Of a DNA stretch of 64,000 nucleotides, positions 29,271 through 43,299 are shown in pieces. A program made the translations under genes and the position numbers. Position 1 is the first letter of the stretch; each line of letters begins with the position of its first letter. The stretch is taken from the NCBI RefSeq assembly GCF_009914755.1, contig NC_060928.1; one strand, written 5' to 3'. This DNA is from the human T2T-CHM13v2.0 reference genome, Homo sapiens. The notes beneath the pieces were generated by a model. That model did no database searches. It had not been told where the DNA came from and was given only the letters and a program-made list of their open reading frames with translations.

Positions 29271-31794
29271 TAATTTGAAAACAGTGCACCATGTGAAGGA
29301 AAAGAGAAATGTTCCACCAAGGAAGTGTGGGGTAGAGAAACAGAGAAAGCCCTTAGCTTTAACCCATATCATCATGATTCTAATGTTCATATTCAAATAA
29401 AGACATAACTAATGTCTTAATATCCATGATTTTTCCAAAAAATAAAATCTCATTCCTCACAAGAAGCAAAAGGAATAATGTTGTGGTTGTATCACCTGCT
29501 ACTAACATAAGAGAATTAGGGATTCTATAGACATACACACACATACAGATAGAAGTATACTTTTGGAAAGAACAGAAACTGTAGTAAAGGCAGAATTTAT
29601 CTAATCAAGAAAGAGAAATAGAATTAATCAATTTTATTCCAGGAAAAATAGATTAGGCTTAATACTGAAAAAAAAAGTTGAAGAAAATAAAAAGATTCTA
29701 TTATGAAGCCAGGCTCTAACCTCAATTCTGCCACACTGTTCATCTCAATGATCCTTCAGTTTTCCTTGAAATTTTCCACAGACAGTGACGTCCCACCACT
29801 TCTTTCTCAAAACACTCTGTCAAGTGTCTTCCCACACTGCCTTTTAAGAGAACTAATACTATCAGTTTCATCTGATTTAGATATTTATTTCATATTTGCC
29901 AGAAGATTCTGGCCAATGTTTTTGAAAGCACATTTAACTATACCATATGCCTCCTTAAATCATCTCTATCAAAAAAACTGTAGGATAAGACTCCGGTTCA
30001 TTCTGTTCTGTTTTTCTTTCTTCACAATGTGTTTATGTATATTTACCCAATTTGCTCTGTTCTTCTTGCCAAATTACAGGTTTGAGATCTCAACTATTGC
30101 AGAACAGCTGTGCTATTGTTGATGTCTCACAAAACAAGGGTCATAGAATAAGCCCACGTTGCAAATACTTGTAATACTTGCACATTAAACTGTGAGGCTA
30201 GTGCCCTGGATTAGGGAACATCCAAAGAACATCAGAGAATGCATCCTATTCAAACTTAAAGAAGACAATTTGGCACAAAGGAACCACTTTTAGAAATAAA
30301 TTTCTAAATAATAGGCAGATTTTTCTTGGTAAAACAGTTTGTTTAATCATACACCATTTTAAAAGTAAACCGTGTTCATCCAAAAAAATAGAAAACAACC
30401 TCACTACTATGACCATTCTTTCTGTTTAAATAATAAGAGTTTGTTCATCTTAGCCTAAAAATCTATATCAAATAAAGAAATTTAATAAATACAGATCTCT
30501 GTATCAGACAGATCTATCAAAAAAAGTTATTGAAAGACCCATCTGAACAATGCTCAAAATGATATACCTGGACAGGATTTGCCCAGATAACTTTAACTTT
30601 CCTTTACTCCATAACATCAAATTCCAAATGACGACCTATGTCCTAGCTACTCGGCTACATTCTTACTCCCCCATCTCCCACATGCTCTTTTAAACCAAAA
30701 TCCACAGGCCTTAAGTTTTTAAAAGAATAATCCTCAAACAAAGTGAAATTCATGAAATAACATAAAGATAAGAAAAGAACGGATAGAGCAGGCTAATGAG
30801 ATGAGGCACATGCCCATGGATGCAGCTCTGAGACTGTGCATCTGGCTTTGAGGCTCTCTGTCTAGGGTTACTTCACCAGCATGTTGTTAATTATTTAAGT
30901 GAGAGAATGAGGGGAACTATCACCACATCTGTCACCCTCACACAGGAAAAACCTTCATTCATTGTTGGCCCAGATGTGTTTATTTGAAACATAGACTAAC
31001 TAGCTACTTAATGGGTTTGAATCCTTAGCCAAAAGCTAATTAGGCAAACATATTAAGCATCAGTCACCTTACAAGGCTAAACTGTTTCAATTGTGTTGAT
31101 TTCAATCCAATCTCATAAGAGAGCTCATCACCTACAAAAGTGTCTGAAGAAAATTCAAGGCACAGGAAAGGTCCAAATTACTTGCAACATACTAAGTAAA
31201 ATAAATAATGATGTCCCCAAATACCCAGTACATTAACAAATAAAATCTAAAGCTTTGCTTCAATGGTATCATGTACCTGATCCAGGAAAGGAAGACAAAA
31301 GCAATTCTTTTAGACACATCTCTGTCCCAGAACATTCTCAGTTTGCTTGTAGGTGAAATATTAATGTCAAAATCTAAATGAATGATGATTTCTCATGTCT
31401 GATATTTATTATGCTATGTGTGATTAAAAAATGTATCTCCTGGGTATTTAACCTATCTACAAATAATTAAAGTGTATCACTAGCCCCGATGGTATTCTCT
31501 TCTAAAGAAGACTGTGCCCAAAGGCAAATTCTAGAGAAAACAAAATCAGTGCCTGGGATAAAACAGGCATAATGCATTTTATAACTACTTCAGAGAAGAA
31601 AGTAAATTACTTTCTTTAACTAGTCACTATTATTTGAAAGCCAAGATTTTTTTTTTCTGCTTTAAATAGTATGGCCCCCCAAAATAAAATTCTGACCATT
31701 TTCCTCTATCCTGGTACAAGTACCTGATCCCACCAATCAAATGACCTCTTTCAGATCGTTATGTTAACTGGTAAACAAAAATATTTAAGAAAAA

Positions 31795-32630
31795 TTCATT
31801 CATCCTTTTATCCACCAAACATTTAGTAAATCTACTATGAGTCAGACATTGTGTTAAGTGCTAGTAATACAACAAGAAACAAGACAAAACGTGTCCTAGC
31901 AGGAAGTAGAAACATAATAACAGACAAACAATTGGCTTTGGAGAAAAAATAAAACATGAAAAAGGTATACAGGTTACAGACTCAAAGAGGAAGATTGCAT
32001 GATTAAATAGGGTAAGTTAGGATTTGTTTTGTTTTACTTAGACTAAGTTCACATACAGTTCTACATCAGGGGAAGAGCAATCCAAGCAGAGGCAACAAGA
32101 AGTATAAAAGTGCAGGTGCAGGAGTGTGCAGGTGTGGTCAAGAACAGCAAAGAGGCCAGTGTGACCATAACTGAGTAGAAAGAGCAAATAGAAGATGAAG
32201 TCTGAGAGGGAATGAGAGGCCAGACCCTGTAGAACCTGGTACAGTATTACACTAATTAGACTTTACTCTGAGTGGGGTAAAGAACTCATCACAGAGAATC
32301 TTAAGTGAAGAGATGACATAAAATAATCTGTTTTAACAAGATCACTCTTGTGAAGGATGGAAACAGAAAGACCAGTTGAGAGACTAATAATCCAAGCAAG
32401 AGATGGCAGTAACTTGGTCTAGAATGGTAGCAGTATAGGTAGAAAGCAGAGATTGGATTTTGGATAAATTTTGAAATTAGAGCTAAGATTTGTTGATAGA
32501 CTGGGTCTAAGAGAGAGAAAGAAATCAATAATGACTCAAAAGATTTTTACCTGAACAACAAAAATGATGGAGCTGCCAATAACTAAAATGGAAAATACAG
32601 TTTGGGAGATAGATTGGGGGAATATTCAGG
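31795..32630 (-). mobile_element. L2 fragment
   Basis: aaacatttagtaaatctactatgagtcagacattgtgttaagtgct, aagaacagcaaagaggccagtgtg, ggattttggataaattttgaa. Confidence 0.75.
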
Positions 32631-33911
32631 AGGACCAACCTGGAATTACAGATTCACTAAAACAAGACTAAACTTTAAGTCAATAGATGTATCATGGCTA
32701 ATACAGACACGATTATTCAGAAAGCCTTGAGTCCTACGGTGTGCTTGGGGTTAAGATGGCTCCACAAGAAACTGACTTGCCTCAAATTCCAATGCCAATT
32801 TAATTTAGCCACAGGCATGTTGTCAATAACATAGATTATTACATGATACAGAAAACGAATAATACTCTTAGTTTTGTAAGCCATCTTGTGCAGCTTCTTT
32901 GAATCTATTTAAAACAGAAAGCTGATACTGCTCCAATTTACTTGCATGACCAAAAGTGATGTGCGATAGATATCTTGAATATTTAAGTATCCACAAAAGA
33001 TAAATGTTCAAGTCAGCTTAAAAATGCTAGAATGATTTTCTTAGTTTCATAGAGGAAAATATCATTTTCAGTCTCTAAATACTAATCCAGATTTTGGATT
33101 GTGGCCTTGTATATGTAATTTTTCCCTGCTTTCAGTATCAGATCTATATAAAGAGATCCTAGAAAACTGTATCCTATTAACTATCTTAAACATGCTCTAC
33201 TGTTGGGCTAGAGAATATCTGAACTATTTGTAATCATTTGCTTCATCATAGAACTGAAAAAAATCACAAATGGGAACACTAAATTATCAGTAGAATTACT
33301 TGTGTATAAACAATTCAAATAAGACTCCTTCATCCAAACTAAATTTATTTTTCTTTTTAGCAGATATCGTGGTTTTTTGGCCACACAAAAGAAGATGAAA
33401 AGATAGACCTTAACAGAAATGGAACACAAAGCACAAGTTAATACAAATGTACAAGTATTTCCTAGTGCAAGGTGTGCCTTTTTTTAGCCATGTTCTTGAG
33501 GCACTTTAATCGCAATATTTATTAAATACTATAGTAATTATTGAAAATCTCACTTTTGAACTGGGTGTGTGCGTGTGCATGTGTGTGTGTTTAAAATAAT
33601 GTTTATGGCTCTGATTATTTATAGATTCTAATAATAGTTCTCAAACCCATCCAGATAAATATTCATAGAGCCTTTTAATCAGTATTGAAGAAACTAGCTA
33701 AAACACTTTTTAGCATTTTCAACCTACTAAGAGTATAGCTGAAGTACTAACTTGCTTGCCTAGTACTAAGTTAAGTGGCTTGCCCAAGGCTTACTTTTTA
33801 ATGCTCTGTATATCAAAAAAAGATAGAATAAAATGACCAATGTATATGTCACCATTTTCTAATAATTTTTTACTAAAAATGTTATAAAATTGTTTTAAAT
33901 TAAGTACTTAC

Positions 33912-33981
33912 TCTCCAGCTTTATTCAGGATAGGTGCAGGACAAAGCATAGAATTAAGCTGTACACTTACTGGTTTTACAC
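33912..33981 (-). CDS. ANTXR2: ANTXR2 exon 10 (70 bp): (S)[22 protein letters not shown](E)
   Basis: ttttctag|GT ... GA|gtaagt; ends in phase 2. Confidence 0.97.
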
Positions 33982-35731
33982 CTAGAAAATAAAATGCCAC
34001 TGAATTAGTAAAGGGTTTTATGCATCTCACACAGTTTCATTAATAATATGAACAGCATGCTTCAATCAGAGTTCAAATGTGGAATACTAGATATATTAAC
34101 ATAAAAAAACTAAAGAAAGAGAAGTGAAAGGGAATGAAAAATGGAAAGAGATTATATGCTCCATTGACATATAGTGTTGGTAAATCATAAGTTAGGATTA
34201 TTTTGACTTAGACTAAGTTCACATACCATTCTAGATACTATAAAATATATTTTCTCTTAAATTTTTTAAATATCTCAGATTTTTAAAAACAAATGCTCCG
34301 TATTATTTTAAAAGCACACTTTAGAAAAGATGAAGGAAGGTGAAAGTTAGATGTCCAAAGGAAAATGAACTTATTTCACAAGTTTAATAAAACATTTGTC
34401 TACAATAAATAAATGCATTTTATGAAGTCACATACTTAAATCGCCCTTGTAACTTTAATAAAATATGAAAAAAATGATTTAGACTAAAATATGCAGAAAA
34501 GTTACTTAGTCAAACTGATCATTCTAGAATCTAAAAGAGGAAAATACCAATTTCACTTATTTGAGGATTTACTTTAATAAACTTAATCTTATGTAGCTAA
34601 ACATGAAATATGTTTATTTTATAATGAACTCAAATATGTAATCAAAAGGAGCTAGGTGAAGCTAATGCTTAGATACAAATGACTACTGAATAAAAATAAA
34701 ATTATCTTGTCCTACTCAATTGTGGAACCTACTATGAAGAGAGTTTGTAAATTTTTGCCTTACTAAAATTGTGATCTTAATAGAAAAGAGAGGAATTAAT
34801 TATGACATTTAGCATGCTAAGATCCTTACCATTTTAATTCAATAAACACATATTGAATAGGTACTGTGTGTATGGCCAAAGCTGTGTTAATTGGAGTGTT
34901 TATACTCAGATAAACAGCAAAATGGCAGATGAATCTAAAAAAATAACTCTACCAGAGTTTACAAAGTTATAAAATCTGCTTTACAATATAAATTTTGAAG
35001 GGCAAATAATAATTAATAAGGAAAAACATTTATATAGATACTCAAGATGCTCAGAAAACTAAGGTCTATTTAAGAGGGAGGGTTTTTTCAGAATGAAAAC
35101 AAAAACGTACTCTTGGCTTTTTTAAAAGTCAAAGGTAGGGAAAATTAAAACTCAATTCAATAAATACGAAAATTATCAACCAAAACTATGCTGGGTGAGA
35201 ATTTGAGATGCAAAAATCTATAAGGCAAAAAAAGACTATCTTCAATAAATTAACAAATTATTGGGAAATTAGATAAAGAAAACAAGTGACAAAAAAAAAG
35301 AAAGAAAAAAAGGAACAAGTAGGAGAGAAGCTGAAGATAATTAGATTTTAAGGCAGGTGTGACAAGAAAGAAGCCTGAGGAAAGAAGCAATTAAATCATG
35401 TGTTTGATGTAGTAGGTACAGAGTACAGTCAGGAAAAGTGGGTTCAAATATCAGCTCTGTCCATTATTAGCTGTGTAACCACATGCAAGTAATTTCATTC
35501 TTTTAGCCACAAACCATCATCTGTTCAATGAGGGAAGTTAGGACAGGGTCCAGCATTTATTAAGTTATAAACAAATGTTGCCATTATTAAATAACTATTA
35601 AATAATTATCACTACTATTTGTATTATCATTCAGACTTCATTTCTTTCTTCTTAGATTAAAAAATATGTCAGTTAGTTTTCGTTGGAGAAAAAAAGAAAA
35701 CATTTGATGCTGATGTGCTTTGCAGAGATTA

Positions 35732-35965
<234 letters not shown>

Positions 35966-36636
35966 CTATTCAGTTAACTAATAGCAATGAAGACATAGCT
36001 CTATATTTCCAACTGTGCTGGCTTTCCCAGACCCTCTAGGTAAATGTAGTGAAGATACCATTCACTGCCACATGGGGATGCATTATTTTATTTTCTAAAC
36101 AAAGTGATTCCCAGTAGTGACCAAGGTATAGAACAGAAGCATTAACAGTCATTCCCAGACAGATACTATACAAACCTCCTCAACTTCTATCCTTAGGAAA
36201 ATACCAGGGGGAAAAAACTTTGTTTTTCCCTACTCTCAGGTATTAAAGTTTGGGAATGTAAATAAAACTAATTATGTACGTTTTTTAGTTCTTCGAAAAG
36301 TCGTATGTAGTACTTTCTTTAATCTATGCCTGTTCCATACAGAATTCTTCTTTAACCACTTCTTCACCTTACTAATCCTGATTCATTTTCTATTTCAAAC
36401 CTATAAATAATCAAAAGATCACGTATTTTGAATTACTAATAATCGATGGCCAGTCACAAAAGTTGATTTAACTTATTGTACCATTATTTATAGTAGAAGC
36501 AAGCACTAAAACTTGTTAGAGAGTGAGAGAATAGGCTGGAATGAAAGTTAACTGATCAAATATCTTGACAGACAATGCATGTTTACTGCTAAGCTGCAAG
36601 ATAGTATACTAACTATTTTAATAGTGATTAACGCTT

Positions 36637-37056
36637 ATTTAAAAGGTAAATTGAAGCACAAATAAAATTTTAAATAGTTTATTTGAGCAGAAGATTCTTG
36701 AATTAGACAGATCCAAATCAGAAGAGGTTTGGCAGCTTTACCAAGGGAATACAAGGGGGAGGCTTTTATAGAACCAACGTGGAAGTAAACCAAAGAAAGT
36801 ATTTGACGGGTTATAGTTACACAGTTGCCTTGTTTGGTCTATCCTGTGGAAAGTCCCTAGTTATATAAGTTTGTTGGTTGTTTTTGATTGGTTGCACTTA
36901 AATTCTATTTTTCTTAATGTAGGCATTGACAATAAATAGTTCAAATTAAATTCCAATTATATTTGTAAATCAAATAAGGTTAAGGCTACTTACGAGGCCT
37001 AAGTGTTTTTGCCTGCTTAAGGCTTCTTCAGGCCTGTTCTCTATTTTAATTTAACA
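36637..37056 (-). mobile_element. ERV1 solo LTR (MER57F-like), same orientation as ANTXR2
   Basis: Minus strand begins TGTTAAATTAAAATAGAGAACAGGCCTGAAG; contains CCAAT, GGGACTTTCC, TATAAAA and AATAAA in LTR order. Confidence 0.75.
36848..36857 (-). promoter_or_regulatory. Canonical NF-kB site GGGACTTTCC inside the LTR
   Basis: Plus strand ggaaagtccc; function untested. Confidence 0.4.
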
Positions 37057-37204
37057 TTACCAGTCCTCTAAAACTTCTCATATCTAACATAATACAAGTA
37101 TAATATAGTCATTAACTATGCAAGAAACTACTGCCAACCCACTTTTCATTTACTATGTTATGAAAGGAATTTCACTTGCAAGTTAAAATAAAGTGCAGGT
37201 AAAA

Positions 37205-37430
37205 TGTGATTCGGTAAGAGTATGGGCATTCAAGTCAGACAGGAAAGGGTCAAACAGGGTAATTACTAGTAGCAAGTACTGAACCTGTCTCTGCCTCAGC
37301 TTCCCCATCTGTAAACCAGGGATGTATAAAACTTTCAATAGTGTTGTTATAAGGATTAGGTAAAATTATAAATGCAAACAACCCAGTATACCCTCAGCAC
37401 AAAATTGGAGTTTAATAAACAACAGCTACT
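37205..37430 (+). mobile_element. MIR
   Basis: ggtaagagtatgggcatt...ctctgcctcagcttccccatctgtaaa...gttataaggattag. Confidence 0.7.
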
Positions 37431-38260
37431 ATTTTAATATTATTTTTCCATTTATTTTTCTTTGTTATCTCTAGAAATGTATTAACCTTCACTGTTAGGG
37501 AAGATAATCCTTCCCTGGGAAGTTCAGATGCACTACTTTCCTTAAACATCTCCATATTCATTCATTAGGGAATCTAGAAGATGCAGAATGTGAGACCATG
37601 CACAACTGGCTGAGAGGCTCTATGGTACATTACACAACATATTTTCTCCCCCACCAGACCCAATATTTTTCCTTTTTAAAGTAAAGTCAGGTTAAAATGA
37701 ACTGTAGGTCAGGCTTGAAAAAGAAACAAAATAGGCCAGAGAGAATCACACTCTGTCTGGGCAAGGATGGCTGGGAGGTGTGAAAACCTGAGTATGTGCT
37801 TAGCACCAGCTGATAAAGCCACCTGCTTCCTTCCTGCAATCCGTCCATAAGTCACTTCCTTATGTGCCCTGAGCTGGCAGATTCTGTACTTTGTCCAGGT
37901 CATCAAAGCATGGAGCTCAAAGTCTACATATACCTGACTGTTTGTATAATCAGACAAAAGAAACAATTTCATATTTTATTTTATTTGCCATAGGAAAGGT
38001 CTCAAGCGTGAACTAAATATACAGAAGATTCTAAAAGCCTGTCACACAATATGCTCATTATTTAAAATAACATTCCAATCTTAAAAATTTGAATTTAAAA
38101 TAGAAATATTTCAAGGAATTATTTAAAAATTCTTACACAAAAAAGATGCCAAAAAAGTTAATTTTGCTATTCTTTTTCCAACATGAGTTTCATATCATAT
38201 ATTTTAGCTAGGAAAAAAATACAATTTCTTACATGGTATTTTTAAATTCTAAACACTTAC

Positions 38261-38321
38261 CCCCCACACAGACACTTGAGGGCTGCAATTCTAGGATTTC
38301 AGTACATGACTGAGCTAGTAT
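38261..38321 (-). CDS. ANTXR2: ANTXR2 exon 8 (61 bp): ILAQSCTEILELQPSSVCVG(E)
   Basis: Long poly-T tract, then tag|ATA ... GGG G|gtaagt. Confidence 0.97.
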
Positions 38322-38807
38322 CTAAAAAAGAAAAAAAAAAAAGATTACCAAGCTATAGATCTAAAATTACAATGTGAAGTAAATTATAAGATTAGTAATA
38401 ACCTTGAGGTCTTCTCCATACTTCAATAGATCTCAGAGAAAATCTATTAACTATAGCGTGTACAGCTACCAAGTTCTTAGGAAACTTCTGCACTGTATTT
38501 CAGGGTATATTTTAAGATTATGTACTGTAGGATCCTTATTTGATTAAAGTAAATTCAGATAAGCACAGGAAAAGTGAGCATTGTCTCAAAGTCTGATAAC
38601 CTTGGGTATGAATAGATAACTAAAATTTCCTGCTGCCATAAAATCTATGTTGACTTTCCCAATCAAGCAAAAACAAGATAACAAATCAGACCCCCTGTTT
38701 AGTAATGCTGTTATGTTTTCTGTTCAGAAGACCAATATAATATCAATAAAAAAGCACTGCTGACTGGGTGCGGTGGTTCAAAATAATATCAATAAAAAAG
38801 CACTTCT

Positions 38808-39105
38808 GACTGTGCACAGTGGCTCATGCCTATAATCGCAGCCGTTTGGGAGGCCGAGGCAGAGGGATCACTTGGGGTCAGGAGTTCAAGACCAGCCTGG
38901 CCAACATAGTGAATCCTGTCTCTACTAAAAATACAAAAAATGAGCCAGGTATGGTGGCTCACGCCTGTAATCCCAGCTACTCGGGAGGCTGAGGCAGGAG
39001 AATCGCTTTAACACAGCAATGAGCCAAGGTCATGCCACTTCACTCCAGCCTGGACGACAGAGCAAGCCTCCGTCTCAAACAAATAAATAAATTAAAATTA
39101 AAATT
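38808..39105 (+). mobile_element. AluS (Sx/Sz-like) with a small right-arm deletion
   Basis: Alu dimer; TSD aaaaagcacttct. Confidence 0.9.
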
Positions 39106-41764
39106 AAAAAGCACTTCTCTTTATTGGACAGTGGCATTTCTATCCCATTTCTCAGGCTTAATTCCTGTGGGTGCTAGTCCCTCTTACATGCATAAAAAAT
39201 TACAATTGCAGAACATAGACTCCTTATATGAGCCAATATTCTTTTTAAAAACACAGACTCCATACTCAAGCATTCCCAGAACACAGGAACAGAACTGCTC
39301 TTCTTAGCTTGTTCTGAGAAACAGAAACCACCACACAAGGGACAAGGCTACAACTGAAAAACAATGATGAAATACGCTGCTCCTCATAGACAACAATCCT
39401 GTCTTTATTTTTAGAACTGCTCTGCACTATATTATCAGTCAGACAAATTCCAGATGATCTCCAGAATTCCTTTCTTGACATTCCTTTCTTGGCAGAAGTT
39501 GAAGACAGATTATTTACAGCAGTTTCTAGCATCTCCTTTTCATAACTAGAATAGGAAGTAAGGACTGTAGCAGGAAATAGACATGCTTTCTGTGCTTTCT
39601 TTAATAACAGCAAAACTATAAGTTCTCAGCCCCTAAAATCAACTGTGTCAAATCATGGAACTTTGTTGCTGAATATACATCTCTGAAAAGAGGGAAAATT
39701 TGTACTTTTTAAGATAACTTTCCAATAAACTCAACTTTTCACATAGTGATTGAGGATTTTGTGATTAGAAAACAAACCTCGTAAAATTTTATATCTGAGA
39801 AACTGCAGATGAGGCCCATTTAAATCCAGAAATGACCAAAGAGATTCCATAGGCACTCAAAGACCTTTCTGCACCCAAATACCTCCTCTTGGTCTGCTAC
39901 TTTATCTACAATAACCAACATTCACTTTTATGGATTCAAGAATTAAGAACTCTTGTTAAAGGTTAATGTGCCCTCTTGGAAGGGTAGTATTTCAAATCAC
40001 TAACATCTTTAAAAATTTGGACATAATTCAGATAACAAGACTCTGAAGGAAATAGAATAGAAAAGATTTGCAAAGGAATATGAAGCTGAAAAGGTTCCAA
40101 CTAACAAAAATGGACATTATAGCTATAGCTTTGGCCAATCTGAGATAACAGTGACAACAGTGAACCATCAAAATGGAAGGTTAAAGGAAAACACAAAACC
40201 CCCAAATCTATTTTGTCTGTCATCAGTCCTGAAGGAATTTATCTTAAAACAGATCTTATTAAGGAGACTAATTGCATCTTTCAGTTTATAATCTCTTTAG
40301 TTATTTAGCCACAGCTTTATCAGTATTACTGAAAAAATATTTCAAGTACTCAGGAAAATTATGAGGCACTTAAAGATTACATCTATTGGCAATAGAAACC
40401 ATTTCTCTGCAATTCCTCAGAATAAAGTAAATCAAAAAATTACAAAAGGATTTTCTAAAGATCATGTCAAAAAACATGCATCCGGAATGACTTCAGTGAA
40501 TTTGTAACTTTATATTTGTTTTCTCTCTTCTATCAGCACTGACCATAAGTCAATCAGATTTCATAATATTTAAGATAATTGTGCATATGTTGACTTGGTC
40601 TTTTAATTTGATCCAATCCATCAAAACATTTCTAAATAAATGAGAATTCCAATAGCAATATCAAATAAGCAATTCTCCTAAGGAGATCTCTTTAAGGCTG
40701 AAGAACAAACACCCTCCAGGACTGCTGGTGATCTACATCTTTGGAGCCAGGCCCTGTATATCCCCTATAAGGTATTTTAATTTTAAAGAAGAGGTTCAGG
40801 ATGATTCAACAATTTATGTTCTATTAAAGTCTGAGTTTAAAGAAATCAAGTTAAATTAAGCAGAGATTAAGGATAGCTAATGTTAGATATATCCTGCAGT
40901 AAACAGTATAGCTTACATTTGCTAATAACAATACATTTACATTAATTCAATATTCATAATTATTTTAATAAAATAAGTTTTTCTAAAAATAATATAATTG
41001 AATGGAAAAGTGACTCAGGTAACACATTCATTGAAAAGCAAATAGTGAGAGCACAAGTCATAACATTGGTATCATAATCTAATGTTATCTAATTGAATTT
41101 CCATGGCATATGCTCCTCTCTAAAGTTTGTTTTATTTATTAAAAAAAACTGTTTGGACCTTAAATTATATTATTAGTGCATAACTCAACTCTTCTACTAG
41201 AAAACAAACTTTTTGAGGAAAGAAATGAGATTGAATTATACTATACAGCACATTCAGGGCCTTACACATTGTTTTGTGCCTTCGGTACAACCAATAAATG
41301 CTTAAGGAATAAACATTGAACACATAAATTAATGAGGATATTAAAAAGTCTTATTAACAAACCAACAATCATATTAGGACACAGATGAGTCAGGATAAAG
41401 TTAATTTATGTGATGAGGCATCGATTTCTTCCATAAATTATGAATGTTGGAAATCCAGAAATCTATAATTTGAAACAAACTTCACCAAAACCATTTCCAA
41501 ATGAAAAATAGAGAGGAGGGAGAAGAGTAAGAAGAGAATTTATGCATTTTTAGAAAATAAAATTTGTTCTAAATTTGTTCTTTTCCATCTAGAGTTTACC
41601 ATGTTCCAATATTAAGAAAGCAACAACTAGAAATCAAAATAATTTGATGTCTGAATGCAAATAGTTTGCACCATAAGTTTTTTTGAACAGTTTTACAAAA
41701 ACAAGTTAATAGTCTATTCTCACCAAGTAATTATACAAATTGAAATGTTCAAGATATCAAAATG

Positions 41765-42590
41765 GGTGAACAGACACTTCTCAAAAGAAGACATACAAGT
41801 GGCCAACAAACATACAAAAAAATGCACAACGTTGCTAATCACTAGAGAAATGCAAATTAAAACCAAAATGAGATGCCATCTCACATCAATCAGAATGGCT
41901 ATTATTAAAAAGTCGAAAACCAACAAATGCTGGTGAGGTTGTGGAAAAAAGGGAATGTTTATACACTGCTAGTGGTAATATGAGTTTAGCCACTGTGGAA
42001 AGCAGTTTGGAGATTTCTCAAAGAACTTAAAACTGTTATTTGACCCAGCAATCCCATTACAGGATACATATCCAAAAGAAAATAAATTCTTCCACCAAAA
42101 AGCAATCATGTGTTCATCGCAGCACTGTTCACAGCAAAGCCATGGAATCAACCTAGGTGCTCCTCAACAGTGGACTGGATGAAGAAAATGTGGCACATAG
42201 AAACCATGGAATAAAACACAGCCATAAAAATGAATGAAATATTGTTCTTTGAGGCAACATGAACGCAGCTGGAGACCATTATCCTAAGTGAATTAATGCA
42301 AGAAAATAAAACCAAAGACTGCACGTTCTCACTTATAAGTGGGAGCTAAATATTGGGTACTCATGGACGTAAAGATGGGAACAGTAGACACTGAAGACTA
42401 CTAGATAGGGGAGGAAGGAAGAGAGATGAGGGTTGAAAAACCAGCTATTGGGTACTATGTTCAGTACCTGGGTGATGGGATCAACTGGACCCAAAACCTC
42501 AGTATCATGCAATACACCTAGGTGACAAACCTGCACAACCTGCACATGTACCTCCTGAATCTAAAATAAAAATTGAAAGGAAAGAAAAAA
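41765..42590 (+). mobile_element. 5'-truncated L1 (L1PA15/16-like) 3' end
   Basis: gaacagacacttctcaaaagaagacatacaag ... gggtactatgttcagtacctgggtgatggg ... ctgaatctaaaataaaa. Confidence 0.85.
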
Positions 42591-43034
42591 TAGAATAAAC
42601 CAAAATGAGTCTATTATATTAAAACTGTCATCTCTAAACAACTGACAAGGAGGAGAAACATTCTAAACACTCTAGTTAATTTTTGCCAAATTAAATAATA
42701 TTACTGACTGAACATTGGATCAGGTGTCCCATCCACAATAAATGGCAAATTATCTTTAATACTTTGCAACTCCATCATTGGTACAAGAGAGAAAATTGTA
42801 AGGACTTTCCCTCTAATATATGCTGTCATCATTATGTTTCAATAGTAAAAGAAAATAGTTTCTACTAAATATAGCCTTAGCTGATATTAGAGAGAGCTAA
42901 CAGCACCATAGACCAATAGATCAAATTTAAAGATAAATCAAGTGCTTAATAAATCTAGGGTATGTTAAGTCATGCACACACTAAATGCAAAATTTCATCA
43001 TTTGATATTTTGGGGGATATATACGCATGCATAG

Positions 43035-43069
43035 ACACACACACACACACATACACACACACACACACA
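43035..43069. repeat. (CA)n microsatellite
   Basis: Direct reading. Confidence 0.9.
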
Positions 43070-43299
43070 TATTGGCAAAGAACCTGATATCACCATGAAA
43101 AAGTATACTATCGAAGCATCTGTTCACCCAAAAAGTAATATTAGTATTAAGGAGTATTTACAAATAAAAAAATTATATACCTTATTACCTAATCCCTAGT
43201 TTTAAGTCCTCAAACATTAATATAGATAACAAAAAGTCAAATTTTCTAAATTAAGTACAAGTATCAGTAGTCCAAAATTCAAAAGAATTTCTAACATGA

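Noticed and set aside
29703-30122. 139-aa plus-strand ORF and similar non-repeat short ORFs
   Set aside because: No recognisable domain or splice context; composition typical of AT-rich intron noise.
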